Of a stretch of 64,000 bases of DNA, positions 26,807-36,247 are shown one piece after another. The number at the start of each line of letters is the position of its first letter. Within the stretch, counting starts at the first letter, position 1. Under the pieces are notes generated by a model. It did not search any database and was not told the origin of the DNA. It saw nothing but the letters and a program-made list of their open reading frames with translations. Origin of the DNA: a virus. The translations under genes and the position numbers were made by a program. Location: positions 37,634 through 101,633 of the IMG/VR virus record IMGVR_UViG_3300039310_000050; one strand, given 5' to 3'.

Positions 26807-26883
26807 TGGTACCCGTAGAGCGATTCGAACGCCCGACATACTGGTTAGAAGCCAGTTACTCTATCCAACTGAGTTATACGGGC
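26807..26883 (-). tRNA. tRNA-Arg(UCU)
   Basis: A20, loop CT-TCT-AA, CCA. Confidence 0.94.
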
Positions 26884-26911
26884 AAAATGTTTCATATATT
26901 TTTATAATTTT

Positions 26912-27008
26912 TGGCAGAGGGAATAGGATTCGAACCTACGGATGAACTTATTAAGCCCACCTACGGTTTTCAAGACCGCCGCAATAAACCGGACTCTGCC
27001 ATCCCTCT
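26912..27008 (-). tRNA. tRNA-Ser(UGA)
   Basis: Loop CT-TGA-AA, long variable arm, G73, CCA. Confidence 0.94.
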
Positions 27009-27279
27009 ATAAATTAATACCAGCATCTATATATCCGTGACAATGATCTTCCCATTCGCCAGTGGCCTCATTGTACTTCATTCCACCTACTTCATTAAAT
27101 CCAAAAGCGCAACATTCACAAGGAATATAACTTTCATGAGTAACCTCATAATATTCTAAATTCATTACCATACACAAATGGTGTTCTCTCCAAGAACATC
27201 CACATATACAAATACCAGAACAATTAGGACCACTATATTTTGGTTCCCATTTTTCTATTGTTTGTTCTATTTGTATCAT
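27007..27279 (-). CDS. Cys/His-rich hypothetical protein
   Basis: CICGCSWREHH...CECC. Confidence 0.6.
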   Translation of the reverse strand: MIQIEQTIEKWEPKYSGPNCSGICICGCSWREHHLCMVMNLEYYEVTHESYIPCECCAFGFNEVGGMKYNEATGEWEDHCHGYIDAGINL

Positions 27280-27298
27280 AATTTATTAACCCATTAAA

Positions 27299-27586
27299 TT
27301 ATTTCTTTTTCTTAGCAACTTTTTTAATAGGTTTCTTTACTGTTTTAAATGGTAATTTTGATTGATCATTATCAGGAATTTCAACATCATAAATATGATC
27401 CTGAAGTCTATCAGTTGAACCTGATTCAATTTTCATTTCATCTCCATTATCATCTACTAAAGTAAGTAATGGAAATATAACTCCAGTTAAATGGCTTGTT
27501 TGTATGTCTTTAACTAACCAACTTTTAGTTAAACCAATAATTCTATCACCAACCCTCAAATCCTTTGCTTTCTTTTGTACCTTCAT
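27299..27586 (-). CDS. Hypothetical protein
   Basis: AKDLRVGDRI SH3-like start. Confidence 0.6.
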   Translation of the reverse strand: MKVQKKAKDLRVGDRIIGLTKSWLVKDIQTSHLTGVIFPLLTLVDDNGDEMKIESGSTDRLQDHIYDVEIPDNDQSKLPFKTVKKPIKKVAKKKK

Positions 27587-27587
27587 T

Positions 27588-27842
27588 TCAAACCTCCATA
27601 CCTTCTTCTTCTAAAATTTCTAAAGGTGTTCTTTTTCTTTCTTTGGCTAATTTATTAATATATTCACCCATTTCTGGTGATAATTGTTCATAAATTACCA
27701 ATTGTTTAATTTGTTTCTCGGGTGGAAGATTCCTTATATAATCTTTTCTTCCCATAATACAAGTTTTAGGATCATTATTATGCGGGTATTTATCAAGACC
27801 TGTTGCACATGCTTTACATATTTCACGCTTTTGATTTATCAT
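27588..27842 (-). CDS. Hypothetical protein
   Basis: ORF. Confidence 0.55.
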   Translation of the reverse strand: MINQKREICKACATGLDKYPHNNDPKTCIMGRKDYIRNLPPEKQIKQLVIYEQLSPEMGEYINKLAKERKRTPLEILEEEGMEV

Positions 27843-27964
27843 AATATTTTCTTATAAAATAGGGAATTTCATTGACATATGTATCGTACCGTTTTTCATC
27901 TAAATTGGTCCTACTTCATACACATAATATTCTAAACCTTCTTCAAATACTATACCACAATTTC

Positions 27965-28315
27965 TCATATTAAAACTTCCTTAATATCTAATGGAACTAT
28001 TTTCTTTTTATTCCATTTTTCTTTTTCTTCTTTATTCATTTGAACTAAACCACGATCCCATGCCCAACGAGCTAAACCTCTCATATCTCGAATAGAAGTT
28101 AAATATTTTGAAGTCATAAGTAATCGAGATATTTGATTATAATCTTCATTTTCTCGAATAGTTACAATAACTCTCCCACCTTCATCTTTTAATTTACCAA
28201 AAAAATTAGAAATACCAGATGGATTATATTTACCTTGAATTTCAAAAGTCCATTGGTGATGTTTCGCCTCAATTTTTTGTGCCGCCTTTTTTGTTTGGTT
28301 TTTCATGTGAAACAT
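27965..28315 (-). CDS. Hypothetical protein
   Basis: ORF. Confidence 0.55.
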   Translation of the reverse strand: MFHMKNQTKKAAQKIEAKHHQWTFEIQGKYNPSGISNFFGKLKDEGGRVIVTIRENEDYNQISRLLMTSKYLTSIRDMRGLARWAWDRGLVQMNKEEKEKWNKKKIVPLDIKEVLI

Positions 28316-28330
28316 TAAAGAAAAAACATG

Positions 28331-29320
28331 CTATTTCTTCCTTTTGTCCTCCAAATAATCTATAGATACATATTTTAATATTAATCTTCCATGTAACCTT
28401 TCAGAATATCTTTCTTTAATACATTTAACTACACACCCCTCGCGGATATGTTTCGCGCCTTCTATTGTAGATAATCCATTTACATATTTTTGCATCACTT
28501 CTATAGAATATGGCCCGCGATATAACACTGGTACCAAAAAATCAGATTTGGCACCACCGAGGGCATCGTCATAATCCAAAAATTGACCTGCGGCGAATAC
28601 ATCAAACGCTCTAAACTTATAAGGACATTCCTGAGTAACACCATAATTAAATCCCTTCTGTACTGCACCAAAAATTTCTCCATATAAAATTACATCCGGA
28701 TTAAGACGGCAAAATGCTTCTACCCAAGGACAATATTCTAATACATTCCAATAAAGATTCTTTCCCTGTTCTGGTATTTTTTTCCATTGATAGTGCGATC
28801 CACAATACATTTTTCCATTTTGGAAAGTATACCGTGAATTTGCACCATGGATTTTTTCTGTAATTACAACTTCTTCACCTTCCACAAATTCATTCCGATA
28901 TTTTTGCCATGGTTCAATATCATAAATTACACCATCAATTGGTGGAGGATCTTGAAATTCTCCTTGAGCCGAATTAATTTCTGCGGATAATTCTGGGTCA
29001 TAATGTTTAATTCCAAGAATATCAGCAACATCATCACCAACTACCGATCCTTCAGGCGCAGGTATGAGCATACCATAAGATTCTTCCCCGCGGAATCTCC
29101 TAGCCCTGATTTTTAAATGCCCTTCCAAAAATTTAAATTGTTCAGTATTTGGAACAACTGAATCGGGTGGAAGATAAGCAGCCAAATCTCCTTTCTTCCA
29201 ATCTTCTAAACGAACAACACATTGATATCCATCAAATACTTTACAAATTCCGAGTAGGTCTGCGTTGGGGTGTTTTTCAATTTTTTCAATTCTAACCACT
29301 TCAACAATGAAATTACTCAT
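28331..29320 (-). CDS. RNA ligase, DRB0094/Rnl2-like
   Basis: N-terminal HPNAD OB-like domain; TEKIHG, LYGEIFG, FDV, REGCVV, ILKY. Confidence 0.9.
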   Translation of the reverse strand: MSNFIVEVVRIEKIEKHPNADLLGICKVFDGYQCVVRLEDWKKGDLAAYLPPDSVVPNTEQFKFLEGHLKIRARRFRGEESYGMLIPAPEGSVVGDDVADILGIKHYDPELSAEINSAQGEFQDPPPIDGVIYDIEPWQKYRNEFVEGEEVVITEKIHGANSRYTFQNGKMYCGSHYQWKKIPEQGKNLYWNVLEYCPWVEAFCRLNPDVILYGEIFGAVQKGFNYGVTQECPYKFRAFDVFAAGQFLDYDDALGGAKSDFLVPVLYRGPYSIEVMQKYVNGLSTIEGAKHIREGCVVKCIKERYSERLHGRLILKYVSIDYLEDKRKK

Positions 29321-29348
29321 AATTTATCCTTTATTTTATGATACATCT

Positions 29349-29377
29349 ATCATAACATAAAATAAATGAAATGTCAA
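29349..29377 (-). promoter_or_regulatory. Sigma70-type promoter for RNA ligase
   Basis: TTGACA-17-TATGAT with TG. Confidence 0.75.
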
Positions 29378-29382
29378 GTGAA

Positions 29383-29462
29383 TATAAATATTATTATCGG
29401 GACCAAGTGGTGTTTAAGACCGCATTGGCCCCTGAACAAAGCATTAGAGGTAACTAACGCAA
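29383..29462 (+). promoter_or_regulatory. Late promoter plus structured 5' leader of the GIY-YIG gene
   Basis: TATAAATA 29383-29390, then two hairpins; the second encloses the GAGGT SD. Confidence 0.65.
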
Positions 29463-30083
29463 ATGTCTAAACCTATTTATTTAATATATAAACACACCAG
29501 TCCATCAGGAAAATCTTATATTGGATATACTTGTCAAACTATGAAAGAAAGATGGAAACAAGAAATTTCACATTCCAAAAATTTTAAACATGGACACAAA
29601 TTAGATACTGCTATTAGAAAATATCCAAATGAGGATCAATGGACTTATAAAATCCTAATATATAATATTCCAACTTTAGACGAAGCCAAGAATTTAGAAA
29701 TCATTTGTATATTTTATTTTGATACAAATATTAATGGATATAATATGACTCCTGGTGGAGATGGACATGGAAAACATTCTAAAGAAACTAAAAATAAAAT
29801 AGGTATGAAAAATAAAGGAAAAATTTCTTGGCGTAAAGGTAAAATTAATTTACCAAAACATTCTAAAGAAACTATATACAAAATGTCACAAATAAAATTA
29901 AATAAACATCCATCACAAAAAACTAAAAATAAAATATCTAAATCTTTAACTAATCGGAAACTTTCCAAAGAACATATATTTAACAGGTCTAAATCTCAAA
30001 CAGGATTAAAACGCTCACAAGAAACCAAAAGGAAAATACAAATAGCCAAATTAGGACAACATTACACAAAACAATGTGGATAG
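29463..30083 (+). CDS. GIY-YIG homing endonuclease with NUMOD3 repeats
   Basis: LIYKHTSPSGKSYIGYT, GYNMTPGG, HSKETK repeats; paralogue of 12871-13464. Confidence 0.9.
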   Translation: MSKPIYLIYKHTSPSGKSYIGYTCQTMKERWKQEISHSKNFKHGHKLDTAIRKYPNEDQWTYKILIYNIPTLDEAKNLEIICIFYFDTNINGYNMTPGGDGHGKHSKETKNKIGMKNKGKISWRKGKINLPKHSKETIYKMSQIKLNKHPSQKTKNKISKSLTNRKLSKEHIFNRSKSQTGLKRSQETKRKIQIAKLGQHYTKQCG

Positions 30084-30221
30084 CAAATATTTATTTGATG
30101 GTTTCTTTAAAGGTTAAGAAAAGGTGCGGTATTACGCAGATTCAAGTAAAACAAAAATCCATGAATTTTATCTCATTCTAAATCAACAAGATAGAGCGAT
30201 TGGAAATCATAAAAATGTGTT

Positions 30222-30434
30222 TTATAGGCCAAGAAGTGTGGTTTCGATAGCTTGAACAAGCGATTCCAAATCATCATCCAAGCGGCCTATATCAATCAAG
30301 GACAATTGTGTATTACTTTCCAAAGTATATTCTCTCCGGATCTTTCCAAGTTCTGTTTTCAATAAGTAAAGAGTATCCGAATATAACTCATTCTCTCTTT
30401 CTAATTCCAACGTTTCGTTAATCTGTCTAGCCAT
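30222..30434 (-). CDS. Hypothetical protein
   Basis: ORF coupled to the upstream gene. Confidence 0.55.
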   Translation of the reverse strand: MARQINETLELERENELYSDTLYLLKTELGKIRREYTLESNTQLSLIDIGRLDDDLESLVQAIETTLLGL

Positions 30435-31071
30435 TTAATTTCCACTCTGATGCTGGGAGGTAAGTTCTTATCCGAGCATACAATTTACTATTGGTTCCTT
30501 TTTGTAGATTTGGTGTTACATTTTTCTTTATTTCTTCTTTGGATAATTGGCGTTGATGGTAATTCTCCTGTATATAGATACCATCATCAACCTTAACACC
30601 ATTATGATATATTGGATAAGTAGTTTCATTTTTTGTTATCCAATAAACAAACCAACAACCTTTGATTTGTTTAAAGTCATATACATCACCAAAACCCAAA
30701 TTTATTGGTAAAAATTTACTTTGAATATAATCAATTTCTAATTCATTTGTATGAGGTTGTTTCCAAGATCTACTCTTATATTTTCCTTTACAAAGAAAAC
30801 CAGTATTTGGATCTACATAAAGATCTTCAATAGGATAAATTTTAGGAAAATGTGAATGTTGAGTATATGCTTCACCATTTAATATATAAACATTTTTTTC
30901 TACCATCCATAAAATACGATGACGAATTTCCTGTCCTATTTCAGTTTTATCATCAGCAAAATGGCAAATTTCAGAATATACTTTATCCCAAAGTTGTCCA
31001 ACTTTAGATTCTAAAAAACTATGCAAAACCGAATAATCAAAATAATCTTTAGCTTTCTTTTTATTCAACAT
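30427..31071 (-). CDS. Hypothetical early protein
   Basis: FLESKVGQLWDKVYSEI motif; directly after a consensus promoter. Confidence 0.65.
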   Translation of the reverse strand: MLNKKKAKDYFDYSVLHSFLESKVGQLWDKVYSEICHFADDKTEIGQEIRHRILWMVEKNVYILNGEAYTQHSHFPKIYPIEDLYVDPNTGFLCKGKYKSRSWKQPHTNELEIDYIQSKFLPINLGFGDVYDFKQIKGCWFVYWITKNETTYPIYHNGVKVDDGIYIQENYHQRQLSKEEIKKNVTPNLQKGTNSKLYARIRTYLPASEWKLNG

Positions 31072-31079
31072 AATACAAA

Positions 31080-31108
31080 ATTATATCATACCTCAATATT
31101 TTTGTCAA
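31080..31108 (-). promoter_or_regulatory. Consensus sigma70 promoter
   Basis: TTGACA-17-TATAAT. Confidence 0.85.
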
Positions 31109-31111
31109 GAT

Positions 31112-31360
31112 TTATTTTTGCTTTTTCCACCCAGTAGAAATTTTAGAATAACGCCGGTCTGACATTTCTACAATATTAGGATCTATTTGATTATTTAATG
31201 ATTCTTGAGCCCGCTGACGGAGTAATTGAGATGTAGAAAGAGTTTTAGATCTTTTTTCAACTATATCCTGCATCATTTCATTTACTTTGGGGCTTACTAC
31301 ATTATCAGGATTATTCTTTACTTGTTCCTTTAATTCAGAAATTTTTTGATTATCAAACAT
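31112..31360 (-). CDS. Hypothetical protein
   Basis: Coupled to the regA stop codon. Confidence 0.55.
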   Translation of the reverse strand: MFDNQKISELKEQVKNNPDNVVSPKVNEMMQDIVEKRSKTLSTSQLLRQRAQESLNNQIDPNIVEMSDRRYSKISTGWKKQK

Positions 31361-31836
31361 TATATCACTCTTTTCGGTTTTCCAATATTATATTTTGGAA
31401 CTAAAGTCCATCCTTCCTTTTCTTTGAAAGATAAAATTTTAATTAAATTAATTGGTGTAATAGGTGATTTAGATTTTTCTGGATCCACCAATTTTACTAA
31501 TCCCCATTCTGCCAAAAGATTTGCAATTGTATTACGGCGCCCTTTATCTTCTTCTGAAAAATTCGTTTGTTTTCCATCTAATGCAAAAAGTTCTTTAAAA
31601 TGGAGAATTTTATAGTGACCTTGTTTATGTAATATATGTGCCGATTGATATAATTTTGGTTCTTTACGTGAAGCTATTCCAATACGAGTTAAAGTTTCCT
31701 TAGTTTTTAAAAAATCATCCGGTGAGGATAAAGTGACTTCAATTCCAATATCATCAAATAACATAATTTTTCCTTTTATTTCTTTGTTGTTCAGATCTTG
31801 TGGCCCACCCAACATTACCAGGCTCATAATTTTCAT
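31360..31836 (-). CDS. regA: RegA translational repressor
   Basis: DDFLK.KETLTRIGIAS...LYQSAHILHKQG.Y.I.HFKEL..LDG. Confidence 0.95.
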   Translation of the reverse strand: MKIMSLVMLGGPQDLNNKEIKGKIMLFDDIGIEVTLSSPDDFLKTKETLTRIGIASRKEPKLYQSAHILHKQGHYKILHFKELFALDGKQTNFSEEDKGRRNTIANLLAEWGLVKLVDPEKSKSPITPINLIKILSFKEKEGWTLVPKYNIGKPKRVI

Positions 31837-31881
31837 TATTATTTATATGATCAATAGTCTTTAGATGGACCTGAAATATCT

Positions 31882-32301
31882 TTATAAAACATTTTTCTTT
31901 TTATTTATACCACCCTGATACATTCGAGATTTAATATATTCAAGATCCTTTTCAGTAAGGATTTTCAATGCTTCTCTAGCTTTTTTAGTAGAATAGGAAT
32001 AATATTCTTTAACTAAATCTAAATTTTCAGGTTTTTCATCTTTTGTTCCTTTTGCAAAACGAGGACGCGCAGAAACACCATACAGATAAAAAAGATATTG
32101 AGGAGCACCATCTAAACTCGATCTTTTATTCATTTCTTGGGCATAATAAAGTGAATCAGGAAAACGAGCAAATATACGATTTATCACATACGCATACCGC
32201 TTATATTCTTTTTCAGTTATTTGAGGATCTGATTCAGAATCCTCAAGTAAATTTTTTTTCGTTTTATTAATTGAATCTAAAAACCTAAAAAAATCTGCCA
32301 T
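31882..32301 (-). CDS. 62: Clamp loader subunit gp62
   Basis: FLDSINKTK, A.EMN, VKEYYSYS..KAREALKIL; synteny. Confidence 0.88.
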   Translation of the reverse strand: MADFFRFLDSINKTKKNLLEDSESDPQITEKEYKRYAYVINRIFARFPDSLYYAQEMNKRSSLDGAPQYLFYLYGVSARPRFAKGTKDEKPENLDLVKEYYSYSTKKAREALKILTEKDLEYIKSRMYQGGINKKKNVL

Positions 32302-32391
32302 TACAGAATATATTCCCAAGTACCATCCGCATCTGATAGGATATCTCCCGATTGTCTTTTCATTTTTACTACTTTCTTTTCTGTCATATTA

Positions 32392-33276
32392 TTATCCTTC
32401 TTTCAATAATTGTTCATGCATTGTTTTAAATGCTGCATAAAAATCTTCTGGATGAATTGAATAAGACCATAAATCACCATTCCCATCGGGAAAAGAAATT
32501 TCATAAAACCCAAAAAAGGTTCCACCGAAATGTGCTACTTGTTTTTCTTTTGGTGTATTTTCATTTTCAATTACATCTACCATACAATCTGCCAATTTAA
32601 ATCTCATTGTCCCTTTAGTTTGTCCGGGATACCAATCTCTTTGAACTGGGACAGAAATTGTAGCCACTGGAACTCTTGGCTTTTTGACAACTGGATCCGG
32701 ATCATTTTTGATTTCTTTTGGCTCTTTCTTTTTCTTTGCAATTTTCTTTTTCTTAACAGTTTTCTTTGGTACATATTTTTCCTCTACCAAATCTTCTGTC
32801 GGTGAATCTATTGAAGCATCAAATGCTTTATCGAGATTATCACCACTAATAACAATACCATGGTCATCTAACCACCATTGCGGAAATGAATGATCTTTGT
32901 TATGGTCTTCCAAAATTATATTATGTAATTCTATACCCCCCTTTTCAAACAATTCATCTATTTCATATTTTACATATACACGATAAGTATAATCTGAAAC
33001 CACAAGTATCAAAGAATTAGGATTATTTTCAGCCCATTTAATCAAATACCGTGAATTATCTTCCATCAATGAGGTTCCTGGCAGCATTCCACCAAAATCG
33101 TAAATAACTAAATCTGTACCTTCTTGAATACCACCCACGGAATGCGCCCGATATGCATCCAATTCACATGGAAAAATTAAAGCAGCAAATACTTTTTTAT
33201 GAGTTTCTACTTCCTCTTCTGCTGTATGCATAGAGGTGCCCATAGGATCTACAAGGATACAAGTTTTAATTTTCAT
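32392..33276 (-). CDS. Protein with a receiver (CheY)-like N-terminal domain
   Basis: ILVDP...DLVIYDFGGMLPG...LILVVS pattern. Confidence 0.45.
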   Translation of the reverse strand: MKIKTCILVDPMGTSMHTAEEEVETHKKVFAALIFPCELDAYRAHSVGGIQEGTDLVIYDFGGMLPGTSLMEDNSRYLIKWAENNPNSLILVVSDYTYRVYVKYEIDELFEKGGIELHNIILEDHNKDHSFPQWWLDDHGIVISGDNLDKAFDASIDSPTEDLVEEKYVPKKTVKKKKIAKKKKEPKEIKNDPDPVVKKPRVPVATISVPVQRDWYPGQTKGTMRFKLADCMVDVIENENTPKEKQVAHFGGTFFGFYEISFPDGNGDLWSYSIHPEDFYAAFKTMHEQLLKEG

Positions 33277-34217
33277 ATAACTTCAAATCCTTCATCTGCC
33301 ATTACAGTTGTTAAAAACGCAAGCAAACAAATTTCTTGATCCAAACTACGTGATGCTTGATCCAGAAAATCACCCAAAATCAAAACAAATTGTGGAATGA
33401 ATTCTGGCTTAAAATGAACATACATCACATCAAACAACTGCCGATATATGCGCGTGGGTTCATTATCTGCGTTATTAGCTACCCACTTTCTCACTTTACC
33501 AAAATCTTTATCTTTCATTGCTGCTAAAAGTTCCTTAATCGGAACATCGGCCAACTGGCTTAAAATACCTGAATCAATCTTTCCTGTAATTGCATATCTT
33601 TGAATTACACCAATTGTCATACGAAAATCAGGAAAGAATTTCGAAATCAATTGCATTAAAACTGCATTTTCAAATGGGATCTTTTCTATCTTTAAGATTT
33701 CGGCAATCCGTTGATGCATTTGTTTGGCCATAGAAACTTTTTCTTCTTTTGTTGGTTTAAAATCAACAATAGGACAGCGAGAAAATAAAGCATCAATTAC
33801 TTGATTCTTAAAATTGATAGTTAAAATAAAACTACAATTTCCAGAAAATTCTTCCATGAAATTCCGTAATGCTTCTTGAGTTAACTTGGTAAGCCCATCA
33901 GCTTCATCCAAAATAACTACTTTACGTCCACCAGTCATAGATACTGTTGATGAAAAACCACGAATATCTGTTCTCAATGTATCAATATTACCATTTTCAG
34001 AACAATTGATAATTAAACTATCCGCATCCAACTCATCACATAGCGCACGAGCAATAGTTGTTTTTCCAATTCCTGGAACACCATGTAAAGTTATATTAGG
34101 AATAATATTTTGATCTACATAAGATTGGAATATTATTCTGAGGTTTTCTGGAAGGACTGTATCTTTTACCGTACGTGGACGATATTTCTCTGCCCAAATA
34201 ATTTCTTTACGAATCAT
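33273..34217 (-). CDS. 44: Clamp loader ATPase gp44
   Basis: WAEKYRP, G.PGIGKTT, ILDEAD, SRC, FPDFR. Confidence 0.95.
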   Translation of the reverse strand: MIRKEIIWAEKYRPRTVKDTVLPENLRIIFQSYVDQNIIPNITLHGVPGIGKTTIARALCDELDADSLIINCSENGNIDTLRTDIRGFSSTVSMTGGRKVVILDEADGLTKLTQEALRNFMEEFSGNCSFILTINFKNQVIDALFSRCPIVDFKPTKEEKVSMAKQMHQRIAEILKIEKIPFENAVLMQLISKFFPDFRMTIGVIQRYAITGKIDSGILSQLADVPIKELLAAMKDKDFGKVRKWVANNADNEPTRIYRQLFDVMYVHFKPEFIPQFVLILGDFLDQASRSLDQEICLLAFLTTVMADEGFEVI

Positions 34218-34397
34218 GTAATACTTTTTCCTTTTCTTTTTTCAATTTAATTATTGTAGGATATTTAGGATCTCTACACCATCTACAAAGTAATGGTGCT
34301 CCTTTCATTTCACCCTCAAGAATTACAGCATCATAAAATAACCCGCGCGATCAGGAAATAATTGGTCACTCTCTCCACAAATTTTACATTTTTCCAT
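34207..34397 (-). pseudogene. Frameshifted small Zn-finger ORF
   Basis: CKIC and CRWC pairs lie in different frames; one T missing in TATTTTAT. Confidence 0.45.
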
Positions 34398-34684
34398 TAT
34401 GTAACCACCACTTTCAATTTAGTTCCTTGATTTTGTCCTTGATAATATGTAGGTTGTAAACATGCACTACAAACTCCTGCATAATATTTTGGTAATTTAA
34501 CTACTTGATCTGATTGAATTAAATCAAGGAACTTCTTTACACTAAAGGGATATGTTTTACGTTTTTCTTTATTTTCTGGTTCACTGGTATCAATTGCCAA
34601 AAATTGAGCCATTTTACGTTTCTGACCACAAAATTGGCAATGTAAAGTTGTATTTTTTCTTTTAGTAGATTTAGCCATTTTCAA
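34397..34684 (-). CDS. Small Zn-finger protein
   Basis: CQFC...CSAC. Confidence 0.65.
   Translation of the reverse strand: MKMAKSTKRKNTTLHCQFCGQKRKMAQFLAIDTSEPENKEKRKTYPFSVKKFLDLIQSDQVVKLPKYYAGVCSACLQPTYYQGQNQGTKLKVVVT
34445..34509. repeat. Exact 65-bp direct repeat, copy 2 (probable donor)
   Basis: Identical to 21278-21342. Confidence 0.95.
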
Positions 34685-34940
34685 TAGTCAAGGTTGATTT
34701 TAATTCCTTGTATCCTTTAACTATAATATCCCATTCAGGACCTACATATATAGAATTAAAAGGATGAAGTGATTTATCTAATTTAAAAACACCTTCACCA
34801 GCTAAAAGAAAAATTCCATTACCCAAACCATCAATATATCCAGAAAATACTGTTCCATATGTAATAGATCCTAAACGTCTAGATTCTTTTTTAACTTCTT
34901 TAGTTTTAATATTAATTTTCATTTGTGCCATAATTTCCAT
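34671..34940 (-). CDS. Hypothetical protein
   Basis: ORF with SD. Confidence 0.55.
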   Translation of the reverse strand: MEIMAQMKINIKTKEVKKESRRLGSITYGTVFSGYIDGLGNGIFLLAGEGVFKLDKSLHPFNSIYVGPEWDIIVKGYKELKSTLTIENG

Positions 34941-34981
34941 TTTTCCTTTTCACATTATTTGATTTATTATCCATAATATTT

Positions 34982-35057
34982 TGGTAGAGTTACCGAGGAT
35001 TGAACTCGGATTTGTGGCGTGAAGGGCCACCTTCCTATCCATTTAGAAGATAACTCC
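34982..35057 (-). tRNA. tRNA-Glu(UUC), C33
   Basis: Stem GTGGC/GCCAC, loop CC-TTC-AC, CCA. Confidence 0.88.
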
Positions 35058-35062
35058 ACATT

Positions 35063-35761
35063 TTAATTACCATATTGACTAGCATTTGCTTCTAATACAA
35101 TATGATATGTAAGTGGTAAAGTCTCATGTTTAAAGCGGCTAATACCATCTTTACATACTGCAACATCATAAGTGCCTGGAATTAATGTTAAATAATCAAT
35201 TTTCCAAACAAATTTAAATGGAGGAATTTTAGCAGGTGCTTTACCAATTTCAAGACTGGTTGTATTTGTACTGCTATTTTTACTATCTAATGTAGTTAGA
35301 CTTAACTTTTTACCATCACTTTCAAGAGCCAATTCAGGCGTTCCTAAAGTTCTAGCCATATTTGTAATTGATCGAAATTGAGCTTCTGTTAATTTTAAGG
35401 TAACTTCAGTACTAGGTAAAGCTATTTTTTTCTTAGGATCTGGAATATATGCTAAAGCTTCATCTCCATAATGATATTTAACCGATAAACCACCAGATTC
35501 ATCACTAATTTTAACATATTCATCAGCTTCATCAAAAATCAATGTTGGTTTTTCAAATTGTGTTGTTACTGATAAAAATTGAGTTAAATCATAAATTGTA
35601 AATCTTTTAGGAAATTTTTCTGTTATTTCTACTTCTGCAAAAGTATGTTTCTTTACAGAACGTGTTACCAAATTATTTCCTTTTGGAAACAATAATGTTT
35701 GATTAATAGTTGCAAAATTCTTTAAAATATCAGTTGTTATTGGTGTTAATAATAGAGACAT
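35063..35761 (-). CDS. 45: Sliding clamp gp45
   Basis: ILKNFATINQ, IYDLTQFLS, LIPGTYDV, Y.I.LE. Confidence 0.93.
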   Translation of the reverse strand: MSLLLTPITTDILKNFATINQTLLFPKGNNLVTRSVKKHTFAEVEITEKFPKRFTIYDLTQFLSVTTQFEKPTLIFDEADEYVKISDESGGLSVKYHYGDEALAYIPDPKKKIALPSTEVTLKLTEAQFRSITNMARTLGTPELALESDGKKLSLTTLDSKNSSTNTTSLEIGKAPAKIPPFKFVWKIDYLTLIPGTYDVAVCKDGISRFKHETLPLTYHIVLEANASQYGN

Positions 35762-36173
35762 TAGCTAATTCCTTTTTCATTTCAATTATAAATTTCAATC
35801 TTAATGTATTTTCCAATACCGATTTATAATGTTGCATTAAAACTAATTTATATGCTTCAGAATCTTTAGTAACTATTACGGTATCCATTGCTTCAAATAA
35901 AGCTTGGCGCATATATACTAAACTATCCAAATGTTCTTCATAAGCATCTTTTAATGCATCACGCCCATTGAATGGTTGAAGTCTTGTACCATACTTATGA
36001 TATCCTGTACGGTCCCTTAATTTAATATCATCCATCAATTTTAATTGTGTTTTTTCTTGTATTGATCCTGGAGGAAATTTTTGTCTTGATAAATCACTTA
36101 ATACAAGATCCCAAATAGCAGGTTTATTATTTACTATTGGAGGCGGTTCTTTTTTCCATAATTCTTCATTCAT
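35730..36173 (-). CDS. All-alpha NTP pyrophosphatase-like (MazG superfamily) protein
   Basis: G..KYGT.L...DAYEE.LD..VY. Confidence 0.55.
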   Translation of the reverse strand: MNEELWKKEPPPIVNNKPAIWDLVLSDLSRQKFPPGSIQEKTQLKLMDDIKLRDRTGYHKYGTRLQPFNGRDALKDAYEEHLDSLVYMRQALFEAMDTVIVTKDSEAYKLVLMQHYKSVLENTLRLKFIIEMKKELANVSIINTNNN

Positions 36174-36218
36174 TTTAAATATATCCCAAAATACTAAATT
36201 TTCTTTTTATCATTATTC

Positions 36219-36247
36219 ATTATAACATATTTCTATTTGGTTGTCAA
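36219..36247 (-). promoter_or_regulatory. Consensus sigma70 promoter
   Basis: TTGACA-17-TATAAT. Confidence 0.85.
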
